Positions 24,483 through 36,375 of a stretch of 64,000 nucleotides of DNA are shown piece after piece (the stretch's first letter is position 1; every line of letters starts with the position of its first letter). The stretch is from NCBI GenBank assembly GCA_036172245.1, contig JAYWIR010000111.1:1-64000 (forward strand). The letters run 5' to 3'. Source of the DNA: Raillietiella orientalis (taxonomy: Eukaryota). Made by a program: the position numbers and the translations under genes. The notes under the pieces were generated by a model that worked only from the letters and a program-made list of their open reading frames with translations, had not been told where the DNA came from and searched no databases.

Positions 24483-27400
24483 TGCGGAGAGAGGACGAGC
24501 TTCTCCTGCGCTCCGCCTGCGTGGCAAAGCGAGTGCTTTTTTTTTCTTGAGTAATTTGTGCGTGCACATCGTCGGTGTAGGATGGCAGCGTTGCCAGAGG
24601 ACACCGCGATTGAAGTAGGCGTGATGGATGCTTGTTCGTCCCCACAGCCTACTGGATCAGGGGCATCCGCTTCGGAATCGTCCCGGCGACGCCGAGGTCA
24701 TGGAGCGCCATGGTGGCCGCGCCTAGCGTGGAAGCCATGGCCGAGATGTAAGCCTACAAGAAAGCGGGGTATAAACCCTCGCTAGTCTACGAGTTAGACA
24801 ACCTTATCGAATGGCGAACTGCAGGCGCCTTTACGAAGGCGCTGCAGAACGCCAATATTTTCGAAAAAGATCTGGACGGCCTCTGCGTCCTCAGCGGCGG
24901 GCATCTGGTCGAGGTGGTATGCAAGGATATCACCTTGGCCCGACACCTGATCACCGACCCGCTGATCGTTGATGGTCGGAAGATCTTGCGGATAACGATG
25001 GACCGCTCGGTGGTGGTCCATCTCACTGGGATCTCCAGTCGCATGACGAGGTCAGCGGTTCGAGAACAGCTACAAAAGCACGGAGAAGTGCACGCGATGT
25101 GGCCCAAGTCCACGATTTTCCGAGGCTACAATAGCCTTTTCGGATGTCAAGCTACGGCGCGTATCACAGTAAAAGAGGGTGGTGCGCTTCCCCACAAGCT
25201 GGAGGTCTGCCAAGAAGCGGTGGACCTCTGGTACGTGGGGAAACGCCAATTTTGTAGCTACTGCAATGCAGTAGGTCATCTACGAAAAAGGTGCCCGAAC
25301 ATTGTGTGCCACCTATGCAGCGAAAAGGGTCACGTTCGGCGCGTGTGCCCTGAGCGCCCCACCCCGGTGCCCCCTGCTGCCAAAAATGCGCAGGGAAAAC
25401 GTGGAAAGCTGGTAGAAACACCAGCTCGCGAAAATTACCGTTCCCAACTGCCAGCCTCCCTTCCTCCCGTACAGACGTCGGAGGAAATAGCTCCCGTGGA
25501 CACGAGAATGGAGGAGGGTTGGCAGCTGGTTCAGGCCAGAAAAGAGAATAAAATTAAAGTGATGCGAGATGTAAAGTCGGAGAAGAAAACTGCCGGCAAC
25601 AAGAAAAAAGCCGCGCCGCTTTCAAGAAAACAACTCCGCGAATGCTCGGTGGTACTCGAACGCTTAGCCGTTCCTGCCGAGTCCGCCCGCGGCAATGTTT
25701 GCGGAACAGCTGATGCGGACGCGATGAATACTCGCGTGGAGGAGCCCATTCTACGTTTAGAGGGTGAGACGCGAGACTCGTGCGCCGACAGCCAGGACGC
25801 CGCGCTCGATAAAGTCGCGGAGGAGCCAGCGGCAACGTTCGCCGTCAGCGATGACGCCGCGCTCGATAAGGTCGCGGAGCAGCCCGCGGCAACGGTCGCC
25901 GCTGGCGAAGACGCTGCCTTCGAGAAAGCGGCGGAGGAGCTCGCAGCAACGCTCGCCGAGCGGGAAACCTCGTCGCGCAAGGGCGTGCGCAGGTCGGCTC
26001 CGACGAAGAGGGCCCCCGCAGGTGGATGCGACCTGAAGGCCGGGAGCGGATCCTCCTCCTCGGAGGCACCCCCCAGGAAGTCGGGACGCAAGTCCCAGAA
26101 ACCCAGCAGGCGCCTCCCCTCCACTAGCGAGGAGGAGAAGCCGGAAGGAAGCGGCAGCGTGGGAAACCCGGAAGGGGGATACCCACGCCCGGAAGCCGTC
26201 GAGTCGGCCACCTCCATGGAGGAGGGTGAGCAGGGGGGGTGAAGTCCTCCCTGCAGTCGCGAAACCTGAGCAGCTTGAACCCATGGAGGAGGGCGAACAG
26301 GTATGCGCGACTCCACCTGCGGGTGATACGGCCGACCCGCCGGCACCGATGGAGGAGGAGGAACAGGTGCCTTCAGTACCTGTAGGCCCTCCCCCTCCAC
26401 CTAGCGTCCCGCCTTAGCAGGTGGCGGACGCTAGGTGCATAACCGTTCGGTGCATTCCGGATCTGCTCCTGGCCAGGCGTGTGTCCCGCTGGGAAGGACT
26501 CGCATCGTTTCTTCTGTGCCCTGGCCTGAAGATTCGAAGATGCGGTCTAATGCTCGGCCGCATTGCAACCCTGGCAAAGCAGAACGACTGGATGGTTTGT
26601 GGCCCTGCCAACTCGTCCGCTTGGCTGGAAGAGACTGCTGGCACCTGGGCTAAGCAGAACCAGAGGTGCGAAGACCGGATGAACTGCCTGCGAGTCGGCT
26701 TATACGCCCGCCGCACTCTCTTTGAAATTCTTCAATTTCCACCGAGTTGCACGTGGGCGGAAGGCACACTGCTTGCTACGGCGATGCTCTTCCTTCAAAG
26801 GGCGCTTCACGGAAGCCGGAAGCCAAGGTGGCATGTCTGCTGCCGTATCGCATGCAGACAGAAGATGATGAGCGGCTGGACCATGGGAGGGTTGACAGAT
26901 GCAACGACCCCTAGTCTCCAGCCGCGTGGATTAAGAAGATGGGGCGAGCTGCTCGGCATTCGATTGGATGACCTGAAGCCGCCTCCGGTTCTACTTGGAA
27001 CCAGGATTCTCCCCCTGAAGTGGCAAGAATCGGCGCTTCTGTGGCTGCATTGGGGTCTACCCTGCAACGCGCGCCGCTTCCACTGGACGCGGGAAAGAGT
27101 AAATCCTGCGTGTGCCAGGTGTGGGGAGCGGGAGTCGCTCCCCCACCTCTTAGTTGAATGCCCTGCCGTCCAGATTCTTTGGAATCGTCTGAAAACGGCC
27201 CTATGGATACCGGATGGTAACAATGTTGAATGTATCTTCAGTCTTGTCTTCGTGCGGGACGCCCTCTGTCCAGCCGCAGCCCTGGCAGCACTTTGCTGCA
27301 TTCGTGGTATCGTGGCGGCCTCGAGTGATGCCGAAGATGAAGTCTGCATCGTGAGGGACGTCATCGAGTATGCTTCTCGCTTCCTGCAGAGAGCTACCCG

Positions 27401-27707
27401 ATGGCCCCATCTAGGAAAGCTGAAAATGGAACTAGAAGGCATCCTGCAAAGAATGGGCGCTCCCAGCAGTTTTCTGTGATCCCTTCCCGGCCCTCCAAAC
27501 TTTTTTTTTTGTGGTTTGTTTCTCTCTTTTATTTTATTTTTGTTTTTTCCCTCATCCCCCTCCACTGCCGAGGAGTGCCACACCGGGCTGCGTCCCGGTG
27601 TCCCGGCAGTTCCGTTATCCCGTGGCCGTCAGTGGGGCCTTGTACCACGTTTTGTATTGACCGTTGAAATGTTTTTAATAAACTTCCCGGCGTATCCGGG
27701 TGGCATC
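24483..27707 (+). mobile_element. Element D: internally deleted or chimeric element (ORF1 joined to the ORF2 C-terminus, no APE or RT)
   Basis: ORF1 runs from ATG 24582 (ORF 24914..26242, two knuckles). Junction near 26431, then ORF 26421..27479 with CARCGERESLPHLLVEC, and the hairpin at 27686-27700. Confidence 0.87.
25796..25960 (+). repeat. Three 57-bp tandem coding repeats (DAALDKVAE-x-PAAT)
   Basis: Units start at 25796, 25853 and 25910. Confidence 0.85.
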
Positions 27708-29086
27708 GCCGAAACCTGGAGGGAGACGGTTCAGGGGAAACTGGTCGCAGAACTCGCGGACTGAGCCCTTCAAGTCGTCCCAGTTCGCGAGCGATTGCAG
27801 ATGGAAGCCTTTCAGGAACGAGCGAAGATGTTGCGCTGCTCCTGCGAGGCGCAACCAGTCCCCTGGTAAGCCACGCTGTGGAGGGTGGACCTCTACCGCA
27901 CGGGTGTATTTCTAGCACGAGCCGGGGATGGTCGGAAAGTTCGGATGGCACTGCCCCTCGATTTCCCACCCGCGAACACAGGTGGTTGTCGAGGAACATG
28001 TGGCGATCCTCGTCTCCGTCCCGGCGTCACCGGCCAACAATTTGCGCGCGTGTATAGCAGCGCACATCTCGTTGACCAGCTGTGCGCGAATGTCGGGCGC
28101 ACCTGCCTGCAGGCGGACGTTAAAGTTTCCGGCAATGAGGTGCGCCTTTCGCATGTCTGCTTCGGCCAGCCAATCTCGCCGCAGGCCTTCGAAGAACGCA
28201 GTGCGTTCCCTGCGCCTGTGGCTCGTGCCGGGCGCGTACACGCTGCTCACGACGAGGTCGATCGTGTCGGACCACTTGGCAACAAGCTGCCCGATTTGAC
28301 CTTCGCCGTCGAAGTGCACGTCGCGCAGCGCATTAACGACGGCTGGCTTCAGCATGAAAGCCACACCGCGGGTGTGGTCTCTCCCGTTATGGTATACGAG
28401 CCGCCCGCCTGCGATCCTTTCGATTTCCTGGGCCTCCCCTGCGTGGAGCACGTGCGTCTCCTGCAGAAGCGCCATGTCGAACTCCCGCAGGCTGGCGGCC
28501 ACTTCTCTCCTCTTGCCTTCGTCGCGCAACCCGTTGACGTTCCAACAGATTACGCGCAGTCGCCGGCAGAAGGAGAGTCCACGCGTTAGTGTGTTTATTG
28601 TGTTTGCTTACCGTCCTCCGCCTGCTGTTCAGCAGGCGGGAGTTGTGTATCCACTGCGATGGGCTGTTCCTCGCAAGGAGGCGGTCCGTCGGTGGTTGTG
28701 GTGCTGGTTGGAGGATCCTGCTTGGCCAAGGCCGCCTCCGGCGAGGAGTCGCGAGACCTCGCGGACATCGCCTCCCCGTCGTAGTGGTCCGACCGCATTT
28801 CCTCCTTCGCCGGTGGAGGTGCGAAGCGCCGCGGGTTGCCTACCTTGCGGCCCGCTTTGCGCTTCGGGAGAGCGACAGCCGGAGCGTCGCCGGCTTCGGC
28901 TTCGGACTCGGAAGTCTCCGGTCCTTTCGCCTCAACCGGACGCCTCAAGGCCTTCTTCTGGGCCTTGGGAGGTTGCTGGAGCATGGCTGCCAACACTTCC
29001 GCCGCCTTGTTGAAGTCCCGGTCGTCGCTGCTCACGCTGGGATCGCGACTTTGTCGCAGCGTCGGCGTTCCCGCAGCGGCGGGTTG

Positions 29087-32000
29087 TTCACACCCGGATG
29101 TGCCGGGGCATTTATTTCATAGAAATAAAATTACAGAAAAATGTCGCGTGGCGAACCCGAAGGTTCACCACTCCAAAACAGCTTGCTGGTTACCGGCTCC
29201 GTGCCGGAGAGGTCCTTCCGATGCGCGGGGATGGGAAATAAAGAAAAACAAAAGGAAACAAAAAGTTCAAATGTGGGGGGGAACAAATGTTGTAGGGGTG
29301 GGAGGGCGGGGAAGGGATCACGGTGCGCGTGGAGAGGTCCTCTAGATCCTATTCAGGATCCGAACAAGCTGAGTCCTTTCAGCGCCCAAGTGGCGCCACT
29401 TGCAGACACTTCGCGCGAAAACGCGAGTCCAGTGTAAGGCGTTGCCGGTTGGCTGACGCCTTCTTCTGGTGGCGTTCCAAGCGGCCACTATTCCTCTGAT
29501 GCAGCAGAGGACTGCTACACTAGCGGGCGGGGACAAGGCGTCACTACAGAAGAGGCGCCTGAAAACGTCCTTTGGGCCGCATCCGCGCAAGTCCAGGATC
29601 GCCGCGAGACGATCCCATAAAGGGCGGATGGCACTGCACTCGATGAGAAGGTGGGGGAAGGTCTCTTTTTCCCTGCACCGGTCACAATAAGGATCCACAG
29701 CCCCCCGGGTTGTGTGATGAAGGCGTGCTTTGAATGGGAGTCCCCAGAAAACCACAAGCAACGCCACATCCTGCCATTTCAGGGGGAGAGATGCACTGTT
29801 CCAGGACGCTGGGGGCCACTTCATCTCCTCCGGAGATAGTTCAAGTAGCTCGCCCCAGCGTCGAATTCCGTTTGGCGAGACACTCGGCGTCGCAGCGTCA
29901 GCTAGCTGCCGAGATGTCCACGCCTTTATCGATTGTGTCCTGCCGCCTATAGTGCAGGACACGGTCGATTTCCCCTGCTCGCTACTGTCCCTGGCATTCA
30001 CAAGGAAGGGCAGCACTGGGGCGAGGGGGGTTATCAAGGCCCACAGAAGCTTGTCGTGGGACTCCACGATCTCCTGCAGCGTCCAGCGGGCGTGCCTTTT
30101 CATACAAGTGTTCCTTGTGTCCGCCGGAACGTGGATCTTTACCCAGGTGGAGACTGACTCGTGCAACCAGGTAGGGTAGTTCCCTGGGAGGCAGGAGATC
30201 CAGGCGTTGTCCCGAAACGCAACAAAGATGCGTCGCAGCATAGAGTCACAGTATGGTCTTCTGCATACGCGCGCAGACAGAAACGACAAAAGTCCGCCGA
30301 TTCCGCAGGCTCGTTGGGCCAGTAGGCGTGCTGGAACGCACCAAGGCGTGTCCCAGAATTCCGCCGCAAGGGCGAGAGTCCCCAATCGAAGTTGGAGTTC
30401 CATGCGCTCCGGCGTAAGTACGCCAAGTCCACCGTCCTTACGTGGAGCGCACAAGTCTTTGAGCCTCACACGGGACCTCCCTTTGCCCCAAAGGACTGTC
30501 CTCAGGAGGCCCGCTGCTCGTTTCCGAATAAAATAAGGGGCGGGGCAAACAAAAAGTAGGGGGCGAAGGAGGGGAGCCGCAAACGCGTTCCACACCGCGG
30601 CCCGTTCCTGCAAGTAGAACTTGCCTTCTTGGAACGGACCGATCGCCAACGCTGCCTTTTGGAGACGGTCGGACCAGGCTTCTGCTGCGCAGAAGTCCCC
30701 CAACGGTACGCCGAAGTACTTGAAGCACCTGCCCGTGAGGATCCCCAAGCGGATCCAGTCCGACCGTCCAGCCCACGCCGAACCGACGAAGGCCATGGAC
30801 GACTTCGCCCTGTTCACCTCCAGGCCCGTCCCGCGGCGCAGCAACTCGAACAAGTTCTCGAGTGCACTCCCTGGGGTGGACCCGGGAAGCAGCAGCAGAA
30901 GATCGTCTGCATAGGCCGACACGGCAGGCGTGCCGGCACACGAGCTCGGCAGGGTTGCCAGAGTTACCCTGTATGCCCTCAGTACCAACTCGAAGTAGAT
31001 GCTGAAGAGCAAGGGGCTCAGGCTGTCACCCTGCCGGATGCCGCGGCGTACGGGCACGCCGTACACGTGCCGGCCGCTGAAACCGATATTGATTGACGCG
31101 TTGCGCCAGCAGGAGCGCAGGTAAGATTGAAGAACGGCAGGGAAACCCATGCGTTCCAGGAGCTCCAGAAGGAGATCCTTGTCGACGCAGTCGAATGCTT
31201 TGCGCAAATCGACCGCGACGGCAAAGGCTCCCGCCGAGTCCATCCCACCCTCTGCCCGATCTTCTTGGTCAGAGGGGGGCGCGAGGCTCCCTTGACCGTC
31301 CTGTGCAACGCGTTGTCGCAACTGCCACCATGAGCTGGCGAGGAGCAGGTTGGCCTCCATGGTTCGTCCGGGAACAGCATAGGTCTGCTCGGGACTCACC
31401 ACGGAAGCGGCCACCCGCCCCAAACGCTCAGCCCACAACTTGGCATAACACTTTGCGTCCGCATTCACTACTGTGATGGGACGCCAGTTGCCAATGTTGC
31501 GTAAGTCTTCTGATTTCGGCAGGAGACGTACTTTAGCTGACCGGAACGAGGCGGGAACTTCGCCGTGTTCGCGGATCAGCGCACTTAACCTGAGCACCAG
31601 GGGGGCCAGCTCTGGCGCGAAGCGATGGTAAAACTCCGCGGGCAGGCCGTCCTCCCCTGGTGCCTTCCTTCTCTTGAGCCTGTTGATGGCGGAGATGATC
31701 TCCGCCATCGTGAACGGTTCCGCCAATCTGGAACGGTCCTCCTCCTTGAGCGCGGGAGCGCCATCCGGCAGCGGGCGCTGCGCGAAATGGCGCTCAGGTG
31801 TTAGTGGCGCGTACAAGGAGGAATAAAACTCCCGCACGATGCGGCTTACCTGGGCTGGGCTGGAGCGTTCTTGGCCCTGATGATTTAGCAGGCAGGCCGA
31901 GCCTGACTGCCAGGCCTGCCTCTCCGCCTCAGCCTTGAATTCAGCCAGGCGACGGACGTCGGGACGCCGGGAATAACGGCGCGCCTGGAGGTACGCCCGC

Positions 32001-32735
32001 TCGTTCCTGACACCCTCACCGAAGCCCGGCGGAAGACGTTCCAGCGGAAAGTGGTTGCAAAACTCACGGACTGAGCACTTTATTTCGTCCCAGTCCGCGA
32101 GCGTCTGAAGCTGGAATCCTCGCAGGAAACAGCGTGGATGTTCCGCCGCTCCTGCGAGGCGCAACCAATCCCCTGGCAGGCGCCATGTTTTCAGGATAGG
32201 GCCCTTATTGCGCGGATGTAACTCGAGCACGAGCCGTGGATGGTCGGACAGCTCTGCCGAGAGCGTTCCTCGAATTCCCACTCGCGTGCACAGGTGGTTG
32301 TCGAGGAACATGTGGTCGATGTTCCGATCTCTCCCGGCATCGCCGGCCAACAAGTTGCGCGCATGCATGGCTGCGCACAACTCGTTGACCAGCTGTGCTC
32401 GTCCGCTGGGCGCACCTGCCAGTAGGCGGAGATTGAAATCGGGCGCAATGAGTTGCGCCCTTCGCACGCCTGCTTCGGCCAACCAGTCTCGCCGCAAGGT
32501 TTCGGAGAACGCAGTGCGTTCCTCGGCCCTGTGGCTGCTCACCGGAGCGTACAGGTTCGTGACTACGAGGTCGATCGAGTCGGACCACTTGAACACATGC
32601 TGCCCAACTCGACCATCCCCGTCGAACCGTGCACTGCGCAGTGAGTTGTCGACGGTTGGCTTTAGCAGAAAGGCCACTCCGCAGGAGTTGTCCGTTCCGT
32701 TCTTCCACAGTAGCCGCCCTCAGGGAACACGGTTG
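29087..32735 (-). mobile_element. 5'-truncated element, tandem unit 1
   Basis: Contains ORF 29342..32677, the 3' UTR, and hairpin CCCGG-CACAT-CCGGG followed by TGTGAACAAC. Confidence 0.92.
29342..32677 (-). CDS. ORF2 lacking its N-terminus (partial APE, RT, CCHC), open for 1111 codons
   Basis: NLYAP, DFN, IDH, SDH, NWRPIT, DLRKAFD, YADD and CDRCREKETFPHLLIEC are present. It lacks WNV and LQE, so the endonuclease is incomplete. Confidence 0.85.
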   Translation of the reverse strand: MAFLLKPTVDNSLRSARFDGDGRVGQHVFKWSDSIDLVVTNLYAPVSSHRAEERTAFSETLRRDWLAEAGVRRAQLIAPDFNLRLLAGAPSGRAQLVNELCAAMHARNLLAGDAGRDRNIDHMFLDNHLCTRVGIRGTLSAELSDHPRLVLELHPRNKGPILKTWRLPGDWLRLAGAAEHPRCFLRGFQLQTLADWDEIKCSVREFCNHFPLERLPPGFGEGVRNERAYLQARRYSRRPDVRRLAEFKAEAERQAWQSGSACLLNHQGQERSSPAQVSRIVREFYSSLYAPLTPERHFAQRPLPDGAPALKEEDRSRLAEPFTMAEIISAINRLKRRKAPGEDGLPAEFYHRFAPELAPLVLRLSALIREHGEVPASFRSAKVRLLPKSEDLRNIGNWRPITVVNADAKCYAKLWAERLGRVAASVVSPEQTYAVPGRTMEANLLLASSWWQLRQRVAQDGQGSLAPPSDQEDRAEGGMDSAGAFAVAVDLRKAFDCVDKDLLLELLERMGFPAVLQSYLRSCWRNASINIGFSGRHVYGVPVRRGIRQGDSLSPLLFSIYFELVLRAYRVTLATLPSSCAGTPAVSAYADDLLLLLPGSTPGSALENLFELLRRGTGLEVNRAKSSMAFVGSAWAGRSDWIRLGILTGRCFKYFGVPLGDFCAAEAWSDRLQKAALAIGPFQEGKFYLQERAAVWNAFAAPLLRPLLFVCPAPYFIRKRAAGLLRTVLWGKGRSRVRLKDLCAPRKDGGLGVLTPERMELQLRLGTLALAAEFWDTPWCVPARLLAQRACGIGGLLSFLSARVCRRPYCDSMLRRIFVAFRDNAWISCLPGNYPTWLHESVSTWVKIHVPADTRNTCMKRHARWTLQEIVESHDKLLWALITPLAPVLPFLVNARDSSEQGKSTVSCTIGGRTQSIKAWTSRQLADAATPSVSPNGIRRWGELLELSPEEMKWPPASWNSASLPLKWQDVALLVVFWGLPFKARLHHTTRGAVDPYCDRCREKETFPHLLIECSAIRPLWDRLAAILDLRGCGPKDVFRRLFCSDALSPPASVAVLCCIRGIVAAWNATRRRRQPTGNALHWTRVFARSVCKWRHLGAERTQLVRILNRI

Positions 32736-35700
32736 TTCACACCCGGATGTGCCGGGGCATTTATTTCTTAGAAATAAAATAACAGGAAAATGTCGCGTGG
32801 CGAACCCGAAGGTTCACCACTCCAAAACAGCTTGCTGGTTACCGGCTCCGTGCCGGAGAGGTCCTTCCGATGCGCGGGGATGGGAAATAAAGAAAAACAA
32901 AAAGAAAAAAAAGTTCAAATGTGGGGGGGAACAAATGTTGTAGGGGTGGGAGGGCGGGGAAGGGATCACGGTGCGCGTGGAGAGGTCCTCTAGATCCTAT
33001 TCAGGATCCGCACAAGCTGAGTCCTTTCAGCGCCCAAGTGGCGCCACTTGCAGACACTGCGCGCGAAAAGGCGAGTCCAGTGTGAGGCGTTGCCGGTTGG
33101 CTGACGCCTTCTTCTGGTGGCGTTCCAAGCCGCCACTATTCCTCTGATGCAGCAGAGGACTGCTACACTAGCGGGCGGGGACAAGGCGTCACTACAGAAG
33201 AGGCGCCTGAAAACGTCCTTTGGGCCGCATCCGCGCAAGTCCAGGATCGCCGCGAGACGATCTTATAAAGGGCGGATGGCACTGCACTCGATGAGAAGGT
33301 GGGGGAAGGTCTCTTTTTCCCCGCATCGGTCACAATAAGGATCCACAGCCCCCCGGGTTGTGTGATGAAGGCGTGCTTTGAATGGAAGTCCCCAGAAAAC
33401 CACAAGCAACGCCACATCCTGCCATTTCAGGGGGAGGGATGCACTGTTCCAGGACGCTGGGGGCCACTTCATCTCCTCCGGAGATAGTCCGAGTAGCTCG
33501 CCCCAGCGTCGAATTCCGTTGGGCGGGACACTCTGCGTCGCAGCGTCAGCTAGCTGCCGAGATGTCCACGCCTTTATCGATTGTGTCCTGCCGCCTATAG
33601 TGCAGGACACGGTCCATTTCCCCTGCTCGCTACTGTCCCTGGCATTCACAAGGAAGGGCAGCACTGGGGCGAGGGGGTTATCAAGGCCCACAGAAGCTTG
33701 TCGTGGGACTGCACGATCTCCTGCAGCGTCCAGCGGGCGTGCCTTTTCATACAAGTGTTCCTTGTGCCCGCCGGAACGTGGATCTTTACCCAGGTGGAGA
33801 CTGACTCGTGCAACCAGGCGGAGTAGTTCCCTGGGAGGCAGGAGATCCAGGCGTTCTCCCGAACCGCAACAAAGATGCGTCGCAGCATAGAGCCACAGTA
33901 TGGTCTCCTGAAGACGCGCGCAGACAGAAACGACAAAAGTCCGCCGATTCCGCAGGCTCGTTGGGCCAGGAGGCGTGCTGGAACGCACCAAGGCGTGTCC
34001 CACAATTCTGCCGCAAGGGCGAGAGTCCTGAATCGAAGTTGTATTTCGATGCGCTCCAGCGTAAGTAAGCCAAGTCCACCGTCCTTACGTGGAGCGCACA
34101 AGTCTTTGAGCCTCACACGGGACCTCCCTTTGCCCCAAAGGACTGTCCTCAGGAGGCCCGCTGCTCGTTTCCGAATAAAATAAGGGGCGGGGCAAACAAA
34201 AAGTAGGGGGCGAAGGAGGGGAGCCGCAAACGCGTTCCACACCGCGGCCCGTTCCTGCAAGTAGAACTTGCCTTCTTGGAACGGACCGATCGCCAACGCT
34301 GCCTTTTGGAGACGGTCGGACCAGGCTTCTGCTGCGCAGAAGTCCCCCAACGGTACGCCGAGGTACTCGAAGCACCTGCCCGTGGGGATCCCCAAGCGGA
34401 TCCAGTTCGACCGTCCAGCCCACGCCGAACCGACGAAGACCATGGACGACTTCGCCCTGTTCACCTCCAGGCCCGTCCCGCGGCGCAGCAACTCGAAGAA
34501 GTCCTCGAGTGCACTCGCCGGGTTGGACCCGGGAAGCAGCAGCAGAAGATCGTCTGCATAGGCCGACACGGCAGGCGTGCCGGCACACGAGCTCGGCAGG
34601 GTTGCCAGAGTTACCCTGTATGCCCTCAGCACCAACTCGAAGTAGATGCTGAAGAGCAAGGGGCTCAGGCAGTCACCCTGCCGGATGCCGCGGCGTACGG
34701 GCACGCCGTACACGTGCCGGCCGCTGAAACCGATATTGATTGACGCGTTGCGCCAGCAGGAGCGCAGGTAAGATTGAAGCACGGCAGGGAAACCCATGCG
34801 TTCCAGGAGCTCCAGAAGGAGATCCTGGTCGACGCAGTCGAATGCTTTGTGCAAATCGACCGCGACGGCAAAGGCTCCCGCCGAGTCCATCCCACCCTCT
34901 GCCCGATCTTCTTGGTCAGAGGGGGCGCGAGGCTCCCTTGACCGTCCTGTGCAACGCGTTGTCGCAACTGCCACCATGAGCTGGCGAGGAGCAGGTTGGC
35001 CTCCATGGTTCGTCCGGGAACAGCATAGGTCTGCTCGGGACTCACCACGGAAGCGGCCACCCGCCTCAAACGCTCAGCCCACAACTTGGCATACAACTTT
35101 GCGTCCGCATTCACTACTGTGATGGGACGCCAGTTGCCAATGTTGCGTAAGTCTCCTGACTTCGGCAGGAGACGTACTTTAGCTGACCGGAACGAGGCGG
35201 GAACTTCGCCGTGTTTGCGGATCAGCGCACTTAACCTGAGCACCAGGGGGGCCAGCTCTGGCGCGAAGCGATGGTAAAACTCCGCGGGCAGGCCGTCCTC
35301 CCCTGGTGCCTTCCTTCTCTTGAGCCTGTTGATGGCGGAGATGATATCCGCCATCGTGAACGGTTACGCCAATCTGGAACGGTCCTCCTCCTTGAGCGCG
35401 GGAGCGCCATCCGGCAGCAGGCGCTGCGCGAAATGGCGCTCAGGTGTTAGTGGCGCGTACAAGGAGGAATAAAACTCCCGCACGATGCGGCTTAACTGGG
35501 CTGGGCTGGAGCGTTCTTGGCCCTGATGATCCAGCAGGCAGGCCGAGCCTGACTGCCAGGCCTGCCTCTCCGCCTCAGCCTTAAATTCAGCCAGGCGACG
35601 GACGTCGGGACGCCGGGAATAACGGCGCGCCTGGAGGTACGTCCGCTCGTTCCTGACACCCTCACCGAAGTCCGGCGGAAGACGTTCCAGCGGAAAGTGG

Positions 35701-36375
35701 TCGCAAAACTCACGGACTGAGCACTTCATTTCGTCCCAGTCCGCGAGCGTCTGAAGCTTGAATCCTCGCAGGAAACAGCGTAGATGTTCCGCCGCTCCTG
35801 CGAGGCGCAACCAATCCCTTGGCAGGCGCCATGTTTTCAGGGGAGGGCCCTTATTGCGCGGATGTAACTCGAGCACGAGCCGTGGATGGTCGGACAGCTC
35901 TGCCGGGAGCGTTCCTCGAGTTCCCACCCGCGTGCACAGGTGGTTGTCGAGGAACATGTGGTCGATGTTCCGATCTCTCCCGGCATCGCCGGCCAACCAG
36001 TTGCGCGCATGCATGGCTGCGCACAACTCGTTGACCAGCTGTGCTCGTCCGCTGGGCGCACCTGCCAGCAGGCGGAGATTGAAATCGCCCGCAATGAGGT
36101 GCGCCCTTCGCACGCCTGCTTCGGCCAACCAGTCTCGCCGCAAGGTTTCGAAGAACGCAGTGCGTTCCTCGGCCCTGTGGCTGCTCACCGGAGCGTACAG
36201 GTTCGTGACTACGAGGTCGATCGAGTCGGACCACTTGAACACAAGCTGCCCAACTCGACCATCCCCGTCGAACCGTGCACTGCGCAGTGAGTTGTCGACG
36301 GTTGGCTTTAGCAGAAAGGCCACTCCGCAGGAGTTGTCCGTTCCGTTCTTCCACAGTAGCCGCCCTCAGGGTACA
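32736..36375 (-). mobile_element. 5'-truncated element, tandem unit 2 (frameshifted copy of unit 1)
   Basis: ORFs 35364..36323, 34665..35354, 33646..34977 and 33263..34003 closely match unit 1, with the same 5' breakpoint. Confidence 0.92.

Noticed and set aside
27562..27640. 3' UTR structure as a known ribozyme (HDV-like or hammerhead)
   Set aside because: No CUGANGA/GAAA core and no HDV nested double-pseudoknot order could be fitted by eye.
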